From positions 29,946,001 through 30,010,000 of the forward strand of contig CM074518.1 of NCBI GenBank assembly GCA_037379345.1: a stretch of DNA of 64,000 nucleotides. Reading direction: 5' to 3'. Source of the stretch: Perna viridis (lineage: Eukaryota). The stretch's first letter is position 1; each line of letters starts with the position of its first letter. The notes beneath the pieces were generated by a model, which had not been told where the DNA came from, did not search any database, and worked only from the letters and a program-made list of their open reading frames with translations. Of the stretch, positions 27,701 to 37,683 are shown in pieces. Position numbers and translations under genes: made by a program.

Positions 27701-30700
27701 GTAAAGTGTAAAAAAGCTTTATAATATCGAATTGCAATATATAAAGCTAACACGAGAATATGAAAATAAAACTATCATACCAAAGTCTGTATATGGCACG
27801 TTCCCATTCATTTCAACCCAATTTGTATTACTATAGAATGCCTGGAGCGTGTATAGACATTCTCCTAGATGCCGGAGTAGTTCGTCTGGGTTGTCTTTTC
27901 TGATGCCCAGTCCAGCTTTACATGATATAAGGTGTTTGTGGGCTGAAAATGGAATCAATTCACTTTAGAACATGAAGGTTACAAACGTCATTTGTAGCAA
28001 TAAAACAAACCACATTTTACAAAAATAAATATCATAAAAACAGCTTAGACTTTAATATGGCGTTATTTAACACGGTTGAACTGTTTATAGTTTCTGGCAT
28101 CTAATATTTCTTTAAATATTCGTCAAATAAGTAGTTTTTGCAGTCAATAGATTGTAGATAGTAAGATATGTTGTTAAATTGATATTCTAAACGATATATA
28201 TAATATAGAGTATTTTATCTATTAACTTGTTCTGGTCTCCTTTAGGATGTATTTTTACGAAAGTTTAAAAAGAATGAACATAGTTTATAGGGTAGACCTG
28301 TATGTTAGTGAACGTCTAAGTCTTGTCTAGCCTAGCTGTCTGGTTTATTGGTATTGTTTATTTGTCTAGTTTGGTCTAGTCTTAGTCAAATTATCTAAGT
28401 AGTCTAATCGCACATATTGGTCTAGTCTAGCTATCTATTCTAGTATTGCTAGGCTAGTTTTCAATGTACTTTTCTAGTTTAGATAATAACTGTCTTACCT
28501 AGTCTAATTGTCCAGCCCCTTACCTAGTATAGTTGTCCAGTTCAGTCTATAAAATTAATATGTCTCGTATAGCTCTATCTAAGCCTCTAAACGTAAGTAT
28601 GTGGCTAGACTGGTTAAGTCCAAGATCATAAGTCTGCTGTCTAATGTAGTTTTAGTATCTATAGTCTTACTCTAAGTTTAGTATAGTCTATTGCAGTCTA
28701 AGTCTAAATCTGGTCTGATATATGTTATTCTTTGTCTAAGCCTAGTCTACATAAGTCTAGGTTTTTTCTTATCTAAGTTTTTTTTGTACCAATTAAAAAA
28801 AGAAAATTTTGTCAAAGCACTAAAACAAAAATAATTGCTCCAAGAAGATATACTTCCTTAATATTCTTATCATGAAAAGCCCTGTTGTATTAATGAGATA
28901 AAATGAAATAACAAAAGCATAAAATGCACGGTCTTAAACATCAAAGTAAACCAGTTGGTCTGTTTTAGTGTAAGTCTTATTTTATTCTAGCCTAGTCTGT
29001 TCTAGTTTAGTGTAAGTCTGAACTATATCTTGTTTAGACTGGCCTAGCTTAATTATAGTTTGGTCTAGTTTAACTAATTGTAGTCTTGTCTAGTTTTAAT
29101 CTTAATTTATTCTAGTATAGCCTAGTCTAGTATAGTTTTAATTGTACGTTTATTTGAGTTTAGTCTGATCTAGTTAATTTCTAAGTTTATTCTAGTTATC
29201 TAGGTTTATGGGTTTAAACTATCGGAAACCAAGTTATTTTGTATAACTTGTTAAAAAGTAGTAACATTCTTTATAATTGATTTCTAATTGATTCAATCAA
29301 AGCTTTAAGAATGAATTTATAATCAACCCATTAGTGATTTCATTGGTTTGTTCTGAATTATTTGAATTGCGGACTGTATACCAATTGGCGTTTATGACGA
29401 CACAGTACCAAACCAGATTATACAAAATAACATGAATTGGTTTCCTGAAAGAGATATTTTTGTCTAGTCTGGTCTGGATTAGTTTAATGCTAAGTCTATT
29501 CTAGCTGGGTCTAGTGTATGATTAAACTAATTCAATCCTGGTCTAATGTAAGTGTAAGTTGATACTAGTCTAGTTAAAGTCGAAGTTCAATGTAATGAAC
29601 TTAAGTTCTAGCTGTCTAGTGTAAGTGTAAGTTGATACTAGTCTAGTTAAAGTCGAAGTTCAATGTAATGAACTTTAGTTCTAGCTGTCTAGTGTAAGTG
29701 TAAGTTGATACTAGTCTAGTTAAAGTCGAAGTTCAATGTAATGAACTTAAGTTCTAGCTGTCTAGTGTAAGTGTAAGTTGATACTAGTCTAGTTAAAGTC
29801 GAAGTTCAATGTAATGAACTTTAGTTCTAGCTGTCTAGTGTAAGTGTAAGTTGATACTAGTCTAGTTAAAGTCGAAGTTCAATGTAATGAACTTAAGTTC
29901 TAGCTGTCTAGTGTAAGTGTAAGTTGATACTAGTCTAGTTAAAGTCGAAGTTCAATGTAATGAACTTTAGTTCTAGCTGTCTAGTGTAAGTGTAAGTTGA
30001 TACTAGTCTAGTTAAAGTCGAAGTTCAATGTAATGAACTTAAGTTCTAGCTGTCTAGTGTAAGTGTAAGTTGATACTAGTCTAGTTAAAGTCGAAGTTCA
30101 ATGTAATGAACTTTAGTTCTAGCTGTCTAGTGTAAGTGTAAGTTGATACTAGTCTAGTTAAAGTCGAAGTTCAATGTAATGAACTTTAGTTCTAGCTGTC
30201 TAGTGTAAGTGTAAGTTGATACTAGTCTAGTTAAAGTCGAAGTTCAATGTAATGAACTTAAGTTCTAGCTGTCTAGTGTAAGTGTAAGTTGATACTAGTC
30301 TAGTTAAAGTCGAAGTTCAATGTAATGAACTTTAGTTCTAGCTGTCTAGTGTAAGTTTATGTTTATTCTATTGTCATTCAATATTCATATGCATGATTTA
30401 CCTACCTAAAACAATCTTCTCAGCGTGACAATGAATATAAGAAATAGCTCTTTTGTTGGATTGTACATCTCCAATGGATGCCACTATTGCGTTAATCTTG
30501 AGAAACATTTTGTGCAGTTGGTCCCGATCTAAGATAAAATATATTCACTTCCGTGAAAGTAAATGGAAATGTGTCAATCTGATTTAATTCATCTATCACG
30601 GGGCTGTGAAGCTAGTAGTTTCATATAATTTAACTATCTATTGTGTTAATGTATATTAGCTATTTGTAAGCTTTTACACCTCTATAACACCCAGTATCAA

Positions 30701-31326
30701 ATCCCTCCTTGANNNNNNNNNNNNNNNNNNNNNNNNNNNNNNNNNNNNNNNNNNNNNNNNNNNNNNNNNNNNNNNNNNNNNNNNNNNNNNNNNNNNNNNN
30801 NNNNNNNNNNNNNNNNNNNNNNNNNNNNNNNNNNNNNNNNNNNNNNNNNNNNNNNNNNNNNNNNNNTGGGATGATTCAAATTAAAGTCATAATCCCAAAA
30901 CTTGGCCTAAACGTGAACACATGAAACAGAGACGATCTACATACACAATGTAGCAAACCGAATGAAAAAGATTACACATAAAAACTGGAGATAAGGGAAA
31001 CAAGAAGTCACGCAAAAAATATTAATATGAACTCGATCTCACAAAAATCCGGGAGTGACATTCGGTGCTCTGGAAGGGTAAGCATGTCCTGCTCTTCCAG
31101 CAGCACCCGCATATTGCAAGATAGTATAATCCGATAATAATTTAGTAATAATGATGCAATTCTGCAACACGTGTCAAACGCTATTGACAGAAGGGTGGAT
31201 TCATTCATTTTTAACTGATTATCATGTCCTAAGCGTAGTAGATAACTTCCAAATAGTAGACGAATATCCGAATTTAAAAAAAATGATTGAATTATCAAAA
31301 AATCACTATAAAACATACGCCACTGC

Positions 31327-31391
<65 letters not shown>

Positions 31392-32946
31392 CAGAATTTG
31401 ATCTTGAACTTAATGTCACAAAGCAATAAATTATTCGATAAAATCCGCATAGGGCAAAAACTTTACTTGAAAATTTCAAAAGAAATAAAACATATGTATC
31501 TTTTTTCGCACCAACACGATAGCACAACGTTTCAAAATAAGACGAATGGTAATCAATGCGAATTTAACCTTTGAACTTAGATGCACTGCAAGCCTGATTT
31601 CAGTCTGACAGAAAGTTAATTGGTAACATCGAGGATAATACAAAGCAATGATCTTCTTAAGTTTCGTATCTTTAGCAACACTGAATGATTATAGCTCGCG
31701 TCGTAAAGTTTTCTTAAATTATGAAGAACAATTAAACCTAGTTAATGTAAAACTGTGAAAGGTATTAAGCCTGTTGTATTTGAAAATATAAATGTACATT
31801 ATGTATTCAACTTCGCCCTATTACAGTTATTAGATCAAAATGAGGTTACAAAAAAAAAAAATGTAATCGAAAACATGAACATTTAATTTGCCCAACTAAA
31901 TGAGCGTTGTTTATTCATGGCGAAATAGCAGAGCTAACAAATCTAAAGGGACGATAACGTAGTCAACCATGAAGCGGTTAAATCAGGTCTGTAAAGGAGA
32001 TAACGTAGTCAACCAGGAAGCGGTTAAATCAGGTCTGTAAAGGAGAGTGTTCTTTCAATAGATGCATGCAAAAAAAATGTATTAATTATATCAAATTCCA
32101 CGGTTTCCCAACGTAATGGGTTGTCCCTGTCACACAAATTGAATTTAGTCCACTATATCATTTGCCACATTTTTCTTGTCTAAGATAATGCGATGAATGT
32201 TACTGTTCAAAACGTCATTTTTAGTGTTGCGGAAATGACCGAATAAGTTCCAATTGGTTTCTAGTTACAGTATAGCAGGGCGTATCCGACCGGTACACCA
32301 CGGCAACATTTCAAATGCTTAAGGAAGTCTTGGTTACTAATCTACTTAAAAATTCAAATTTATATGTTTTCTACATGTTTTAAAAGACAATTAATGATAA
32401 CGGTTAAAGCGAATGAAATTCTTGAACACGCGAGGAAACTATAACAAAAACAAACAAACAAACGGACAATTCGCACCCATGTCCCCACATTCGTTCCCAT
32501 TTCTTTTATTTCCCTGCAATTTCGAGTTTTGATGCCGCTTTAACTTTTTTGCCCTTGATTTCACGCTTCATGAAATCTAGAAGATACATTTAAGTGATGA
32601 CTGAAACATTTTTTTTAGGTTTTTTTTTTTAAACTTCTTTATAAAAATGCAGCCTTTTTTCATAATTTTATTGCATTGTTGTATTTAGAACCATATACTA
32701 AAATTGTTGTATCTCACCGTCTCCGAAGAAGTCGCTTATTGAGGAGCTAAGTGTTGAAGATTCCGTCAGATTTCGGTCCACAATAAACGTAGCGATAGCT
32801 TTGAACACTCCAGTAAATGTTATATCTCGGTGTGATTTAGTTTTATAGTGTATCCCTGGTCCGATCGTCGGGTAAAACCCGGAGACTTTTGAAATACAGG
32901 CATTAGTTACAATAACAACGAATAAATCCACCGTCACAATTTTCAT
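7405..32946 (-). CDS. VWA7: VWA7-like protein, 20 coding exons, ~1005 aa, predicted type I membrane protein
   Basis: Exons in transcript order: 32718-32946, 30406-30528, 27781-27942, 26274-26343, 23439-23521, 22296-22481, 21892-22110, 21507-21626, 20568-20735, 20183-20298, 18339-18495, 17954-18033, 16893-17046, 15774-15940, 13638-13749, 12813-13011, 11129-11198, 9966-10195, 8101-8251, 7405-7626. All introns GT-AG with compatible phases; total 3018 nt, no internal stop. Family motifs: FYSNTNWVE, KLTSGY, GKCSHGG, GINKD, SPHYHLH, AVDYTGSMS, GGGDCPE, FTDADAKD. The symbol indicates family, not proven orthology. Confidence 0.9.
8101..8251 (-). CDS. VWA7: VWA7-like exon 19
   Basis: SGDCCTPVLTIDAVDKDGYITQCHLDL...; phase 2-0. 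Confidence 0.85.
8315..8530 (+). mobile_element. Penelope-like 3' UTR fragment
   Basis: TTTCTAGAAAAGCAGAGGACGCTT...GGTTCCCTTTATTACTCT. Confidence 0.85.
9966..10195 (-). CDS. VWA7: VWA7-like exon 18
   Basis: VTQIERPICEV...CPTSSLNTANCSKYTW...; phase 0-2. Confidence 0.85.
11129..11198 (-). CDS. VWA7: VWA7-like exon 17
   Basis: QYSVKMINLATFTEQQKFTGTVV; bridges phase 2 to 0. Confidence 0.75.
11795..12005 (+). mobile_element. degenerate tRNA-derived SINE (Meta-domain-like)
   Basis: B-box-like GGTTCGACACC followed by AGACTTTAAAATTAGTAGTAGCTGCTTCTCC, resembling the MetaSINE core as I recall it. Confidence 0.5.
12603..12735 (-). mobile_element. internally deleted SINE relic
   Basis: Minus strand: B-box-like GTTCAATTCC, then CAAAGACT, then TTAAACAAC with (AATC)n tail. 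Confidence 0.4.
12813..13011 (-). CDS. VWA7: VWA7-like exon 16
   Basis: GDATLGKEYKVPYTITNTGSDNDTYRVSL...; phase 1-2. Confidence 0.85.
13638..13749 (-). CDS. VWA7: VWA7-like exon 15
   Basis: EFQVKLNATDNDGNILFRTSARVYRP...; phase 0-1. Confidence 0.85.
14218..14429 (-). mobile_element. Penelope-like 3' UTR fragment with probable target-site duplication
   Basis: Family 3' end; TATATGTTA at 14206-14214 and 14430-14438. Confidence 0.85.
14642..15166 (+). mobile_element. non-coding SINE-like retroposon with structured 5' part and (AAAC)n tail
   Basis: Target-site duplication ACCTTTCAGTT (14631-14641) / ACCTTTTAGTT (15167-15177); tail GACGTTAAACCCC(AAAC)n; GC-rich relative to flanks. Confidence 0.85.
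15529..15674 (+). mobile_element. Penelope-like 3' UTR fragment
   Basis: Ends GGTTCCCTTGATTACTCT. Confidence 0.8.
15774..15940 (-). CDS. VWA7: VWA7-like exon 14
   Basis: GYNYTAYAVLLNL...IEVPNQ; phase 1-0. Confidence 0.85.
16893..17046 (-). CDS. VWA7: VWA7-like exon 13
   Basis: NPGTGIWQLRCNQDGNYNVIITAQS...SSPVV; phase 0-1. Confidence 0.85.
17954..18033 (-). CDS. VWA7: VWA7-like exon 12
   Basis: GEIYTFPSATGTRTYSSEHGETTISIQ; phase 1-0. Confidence 0.8.
18339..18495 (-). CDS. VWA7: VWA7-like exon 11
   Basis: VVFPTSEVVLEVFEW...VYVDKTLTVLKIKIKG; phase 0-1. Confidence 0.85.
19534..19735. repeat. 98-bp tandem duplication
   Basis: AATAAAGATGAACAATGTAGATACACC... at 19534 and 19632. Confidence 0.9.
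20183..20298 (-). CDS. VWA7: VWA7-like exon 10
   Basis: GRYRRDTTLFFERISGSTKGRVYRTSKTNVSEAISEVIQ; phase 1-0. Confidence 0.85.
20568..20735 (-). CDS. VWA7: VWA7-like exon 9
   Basis: AIELSRNFSSVIVFTDADAKD...CHSRKRRSVS. Confidence 0.9.
21315..21497. repeat. ~35-bp minisatellite, about 5 units
   Basis: CTTATTGCCTWTGGTTATAGTGCGGAATAATTTCA variants. Confidence 0.85.
21507..21626 (-). CDS. VWA7: VWA7-like exon 8
   Basis: ...GVTGGGDCPELAAAGILK. Confidence 0.9.
21892..22110 (-). CDS. VWA7: VWA7-like exon 7 (start of VWA domain, MIDAS-type motif)
   Basis: SLAFAVDYTGSMSDEIAAVK...YVLSLFNDP. Confidence 0.92.
22296..22481 (-). CDS. VWA7: VWA7-like exon 6
   Basis: GKCSHGGPED...GINKDST...SPHYHLHIQAYEAAV. 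Confidence 0.92.
23439..23521 (-). CDS. VWA7: VWA7-like exon 5
   Basis: NICKNNILVNDKLTSGYHQGWGNVKPA; phase 2-1. Confidence 0.88.
24152..24380 (+). mobile_element. diverged Penelope-like 3' UTR fragment
   Basis: AAGCAGAGGATGCATACCCAACCGGTGCATTTGGTCCATGCTCCCAG. Confidence 0.7.
24645..25670 (-). mobile_element. Penelope-like retroelement fragment, more diverged
   Basis: GIPMGTNCAPLLA and RLKSSLQKFYGRH remnants; YIDD region deleted; same 3' UTR with a (CA)n expansion. Confidence 0.8.
24720..24757. repeat. (CA)n microsatellite
   Basis: Read directly. Confidence 0.95.
25670..25990 (-). mobile_element. degenerate HINE fragment
   Basis: CAATAACTCTTAC matches ~49615 in reverse complement; GAC microsatellite seed at ~25960-25980. 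Confidence 0.45.
26274..26343 (-). CDS. VWA7: VWA7-like exon 4
   Basis: GVNKKSLLPVASYAEDTCEDIPP; phase 1-2. Confidence 0.8.
27176..27245. repeat. 35-bp tandem duplication
   Basis: ACTCGAAACAAAAAGAGAATATATATATTTAACCG x2. Confidence 0.9.
27781..27942 (-). CDS. VWA7: VWA7-like exon 3
   Basis: ...LGECLYTLQAFYSNTNWVEMNG...; AG/GT. Confidence 0.9.
28290..29540. repeat. degenerate (TCTAG)n-rich low-complexity field
   Basis: Dense GTCTAG / CTAGT / GTCTAA variants. Confidence 0.7.
29541..30356. repeat. minisatellite, 11 x 73 bp plus a partial unit
   Basis: Unit GTCTAGTGTAAGTGTAAGTTGATACTAGTCTAGTTAAAGTCGAAGTTCAATGTAATGAACTTWAGTTCTAGCT. Confidence 0.97.
30406..30528 (-). CDS. VWA7: VWA7-like exon 2
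   Basis: DRDQLHKMFLKINAIVASIGDVQSNKRAISYIHCHAEKIVL; AG/GT, phase 1-1. Confidence 0.85.
30713..30866. other. assembly gap (154 N) in VWA7-like intron 1
   Basis: Run of N. Confidence 1.
30867..31120 (-). mobile_element. 3' end of a second, related retroelement family
   Basis: Carries GAGCAGGACATGCTTACCCTTCCAGAGCAC; its tail (30890-30990) matches 1555-1650 and 2550-2645 in reverse complement. Confidence 0.55.
31332..31386. repeat. (TA)n microsatellite
   Basis: Read directly. Confidence 0.95.
31953..32045. repeat. 46-bp tandem duplication
   Basis: GATAACGTAGTCAACCAKGAAGCGGTTAAATCAGGTCTGTAAAGGA x2. Confidence 0.9.
32718..32946 (-). CDS. VWA7: VWA7-like exon 1 (ATG, signal peptide)
   Basis: MKIVTVDLFVVIVTNACISKVSG-FYPTIG...SHRDIT; donor GTGAG. 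Confidence 0.85.
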
Positions 32947-34977
32947 TTTAGGTCTTTGCTATACGTAAGTCTTTCAAAGAAATTACAATTCCTGTTTACA
33001 ATACTTTTGATATAAATTCATACACTATAGGGTCTTTAATGACCTTGGGGAGAAGGAAGATGTTTCAAATTTAGAAAACACGTAACGCTTATTGCATATG
33101 TGTACCAAACGTGTTGTATACATTCCAGTGCTTAATTTAGTAACTTGACCCTTCACGTTCAATAAAGACTCGAGGACCATATAACGATAGTTTTAGAAAA
33201 AAAAGACAGTTTTAAATCATACTTCGCTGGGTTCTTCAATTTGTACTTCGTCTTTATTTGTAAATGTCATTATTTAAATCTTTTGAATCTATTGAAATTT
33301 TCAGATCGACATTAGTAGCTTTATTGGTAGTAACTTACAGTAACTTTCTGTACAGGCGAATACTATAAACAACGGTCTGAAAAAAACCCGCTATATTCGA
33401 TTTTTAGGTAGGGGACGAGAAACAAACCTGAAAAAGGCATTACCAGCTCAGGCGCGGATTCGTACTGGTACAGCCGGCATTCGTCCCCCTTAAATTAGAA
33501 TTTAAAAAAACTGAAACCTTAATTTTTCACTAGTTCTATGCTCAAATGTCCTTGCCTCGCTTCGCATGCATGCTGTTTTAAATTTTATTTACGCCCCTCT
33601 CCCCAACCTGACCTGAAACCCAGGAAACACCCATAGGGTGAGCTCGATCTAACAACTTCGTCATGACGAGAATTTGGTTATATCTCTTAACAAATAGTCG
33701 AACATGTAATATGAACGATTCAACAGAAGCATGGCATGTGCAGATTCAAAGTCGTGATTACCTCGATTAACTATAAATATCGAAATCAAAATTATCCCGA
33801 CACAATTTCACCCTGAGGGTGTCGGCCGATCTAATGTGTCTATCTCCACAAGAAGGATCGATACATTCGATAAAATCGTTTTTTTTTTTTTTTTATTAAA
33901 TACTGCACTGCTGGGAAGGTGGTTCCAGAAAAGTGTGCTCTTATTTTGTGATGTCATGCCATGGGTTACACACTTCATTGATTAGTCCGGCAAGGATGGT
34001 GGGTAATGCATGTTTTACTAATGATTCAGATGCTAATCTATTGATTCCAACATGTATGTGAACAACTGGGTTCGAATCGCTACTGAATAACGCTCAATGT
34101 ATTCATTTTGTATTCATTTGATATATTTTTTTCATCTGTATAGTTTCGTTTTCTTGCATTTGATTTTTTGTCAATGAAACCACGACATTGGCTGAAATTG
34201 ACTTAGGCATCACGTGAAATCTTGCTTCTTTAATCGGATATCATATTTTACAGTAGCACTCACAAGCATCCGCGATCAAGTTTCTAGGCACAGACCATAG
34301 TCATGGAATGGAGTGAAACGTTAAATGAAAAGGATTAAAAATAACCGTAGAATACAAGGTTGATCAAAACCAGCATGCAAGAGAATATCGCTTCTTTCAT
34401 TTCATTTAGAAGTCCGTATAATAAGTTCGCATTATTTTGCGACTTTTTACATTGGACTGTTTGATCACGTGGTGACAGTCGAACAGTCCCCACCCATCCC
34501 ATGCGTATTAATTTCTTACGTGACCTGAGGAGAAAAGTTATCTCACTGGTTCCCTGCAGGTCAATATCATAAGTGACCCTAGGATCGATAAATATATATG
34601 TTTGCGAGAAACTTGTGGAACAAATATATTACCGGGTTGCCAAGTTAAGGAGAGAAGTTGCTGAAGCTGAAGGGCACGCCATTCGGGAAACAGTTTTACT
34701 ACTTCTTGAAGGTGGGTAATTTCACAAAAGCATCCCCTAATGCAGACATCATTCTTTCGTTATAAATCCTGCATGAGTTGCTCAAAAGTTTTGATTATCT
34801 TTTATTAATTTTTTTTTCTACACCTGTGGCCGTTAAGTATAATTAGTACCATCGCGTCACCCTTCACCAGATGAGCATCATGTCAAGTTCTGATTTTTTT
34901 TTAATTTGCCGGATTATTCCAAGATTTAGATGTTAAACAGCCTTAAACAAAGGTTCTTATGCAGAAATGTAATGCTA

Positions 34978-35625
34978 AGAGTAATCAAGGGAACCAATGT
35001 TATAGCGGTAATCAAAAGAATGCAATCCAGGGACAAAGACCAGACATGGAAAACAGACAAACACAACAAAGAACTTAAAGTAACTAAAATCATACATACA
35101 AAGTAACAAAGCAAATGAGCAACTCGGACTCCACTAAAAACTGGGAGCATGGACCAGGTGCACCCGTAGGGTAAGCGTCCTCTGCTTTTCTAGAAACACC
35201 CGCCGAGTTGCTCATAAAAATTCAAGTCCGGGGTAGACAAACGAGGAAAGGAAAACTGTGACCCATTCAATAAATCAGTTTTCATGGTGCAGATGGATAC
35301 ACCATAACGATCCACGAGTTCATGATGACGACCATAAAACTTCTGTAGTAATGATTTCAATCATGTAGCAACATAACCCTGTTCCAGAAGCCTATTTGTT
35401 AGAGTTCCAGTGCGATACAAAAAGTCTGCGTAGTTTCGGCAAGCTCTGGCATAACGTACGAGTTGTGACATGAATACTCCATACGCAGGTGCTGAAGGGA
35501 TGTTGCCACTGATGAAAGGAAAGTTGACAATTCTGAATGAAAAGTCATCACGTTTGTCGTAAAGTTTGGTCAGTAGTTTTCCTTTACCATCGATTTCTAA
35601 TTGTAGGTCAAGATATGAGGCTGAC
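34978..35625 (-). mobile_element. Penelope-like retroelement fragment (RT C-terminus plus 3' UTR)
   Basis: Closely similar to 61692-62330; same 3' terminus. Confidence 0.85.
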
Positions 35626-36794
35626 CTTGATCGTGGAAATACGATGCAGCATATATGAATATAACAGGTTTTGCTTTATGATTTACCATTAAAATAATTA
35701 TTTACTTATGTAAAAAAATGTCTACTTCACTAGATAGTACTATTACATGTATTTGATACGTTTGAACAAAATGTGCCATTTCTATTTTTCAAATACCTTG
35801 AAAGAGAACATCAACTTAAAATCATATACAATACTATGAAGTACATGTATTATTTCATTCATTCTATATTTTAAATCAGATTTAATATATGAAATATTGT
35901 AATCATGGGATATGATAAATAGATAAGAAACTATAATTAGTTCTTTTCTCTGATGCCTTGTCCTTTTTGTTTGGGCTATTTACAACATAATTATAGTCAA
36001 GTTACTAACTTAAGAAGGTTTGAACAACATCAAAAGTATAGATATTGTATGTTGTACATATGTACCAACGAACTCTTTTTTACATATTGTTACTTGTAAA
36101 CAGTATCAGAATCATTGTAACAGGCTCAGTTTCAATAATTATATTCCTATCATTATTTGTTATCTTTTTGTTGGTAAAGATTTTATTCACCAAAAGTCTT
36201 CAGTTTATGTTCAATTTGAATATTTCACACAAATGCACTTAATTAGAATGGGACTTGCCAATTCTCTGATTTAGCCATCGAGTATGTGGAATCCAAAAGT
36301 ACTGAAAGATACAAGCTGTTTGAATACCCTCAGGACTGTTCCTTATTAGGATTCTGTTAGTAACTACATTTAGTTCTGTAGAGGTGGCAGAATCCAGCCT
36401 ATGGGTAATCGGATAGAACTCAGAATGTCTATACTACTGGTTGGGCTGCTGTGTTGATGTTCTTGCCTGATTGTATGGTCATTTCATTCATATTGATGGT
36501 AATTAGACAACAAAAAGGGAAATTGACATGCTTTGACTGGATTCAACAGTTGTTAAAATTTGGTTCAATCCTTAGCAGAAGCAAATGCTTTGTAATGAAA
36601 TTGGTGAAACAGAAAAAAAAACACACATGGGAGATTGATTTAACATGTATATTTTTAAATGTGTGACATCAAATCTATGTGTCTGAAATGTTGAAGTTGT
36701 GGGTAATTTTTCTCCCATTTGTTTTGTCTAGGTGTCATGAATGCTCGGTTTATAACCTTCTTTTGAAAACAAGCTTTGTGTCTCACAGAGTAAA

Positions 36795-37455
36795 ACTCAG
36801 CAAGAAATCTGTGAGCGATGGCCCACTACTGATACACCCGCTTTCAACCACGCTAAAAGGAAAATAAGCAAAGTCTTCGGTAAACAAGAAGTTGTCGATT
36901 TATTTGTTCAAAATGGATCTTACCATATAGTCAAAAGAAGAAAAAAACTCTTCGGTAAACAGGAGGTTGTCGAATTTCCTCAAAAATGGAAAAAATGTGT
37001 TACAATTTCAAGCTATTTTGATGAGTAGTTGCCGAGAAAAGCGTGACAAAAAAGTTTCCAAATATAGTCAAAAATAAAGTCCTCGATTAACAGGAAGTTG
37101 TTGTCGATTTTTCGGATAATATACAATATGGCATACCTAAGTACGAATATAATTTGCTTAAACCTCAAGATACGGTGATGAGTAGTTGCTGAGAATGTTG
37201 GACGAAAAAAATTCAACTTGCCAAATATAATGTTAAAATAAGTGAAGTCCTCGGTAGACAGGAATTTCTGAAAATGGTTCCCACCATATGCCATAACTAC
37301 AGGAAGAATATATTAAAATTCCAAGCCGTTGTGATGAGTAGATGCTTAGAAATGTGCTACGAAAATTTCAACTTTCAAAATATAGTCAAAAATAAGCAAG
37401 AAACACAGACAAGGGTAAAACTATATACCCCCTGATTCGAAACAGAGGTTTAAAG
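36795..37455 (-). mobile_element. degenerate HINE-type element just upstream of CDC50A
   Basis: Repeated ATATAGTCAAAA / GATGAGTAGTTGC units; terminal GACAAGGGTAAAACTATATACCCCC. Confidence 0.5.
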
Positions 37456-37683
37456 TCCTTTCCCTATTTAAATATTATACAATCCATTTTTTGTGATTTG
37501 AAATGTGAACAGAGCAAACTATGAAGGCCTTCATTGACTCAATACTTCAGTACTTTGATTTCTTTACTAAGATGCAGATTGCAGAGATTTTGTTTTCATT
37601 TCGTTTTGTTGGGACCGTTTCTCAGTTTTCAATACCACATTTTATAGGTGGCGCTGCTGTTGTTATTTACATTTTTGACTGCA

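Noticed and set aside
29541-30356. CRISPR-like array
   Set aside because: Units are contiguous and near-identical with no unique spacers; eukaryotic intron; no cas genes.
30697-30924. ORFs spanning X residues
   Set aside because: Artefacts of the N gap.
35115-35215. SECIS element (some Naiad elements are reported to encode selenoproteins)
   Set aside because: The ATGA is fully Watson-Crick paired, the spacing to an AA loop does not fit, and no conserved in-frame TGA is seen in the RT fragments.
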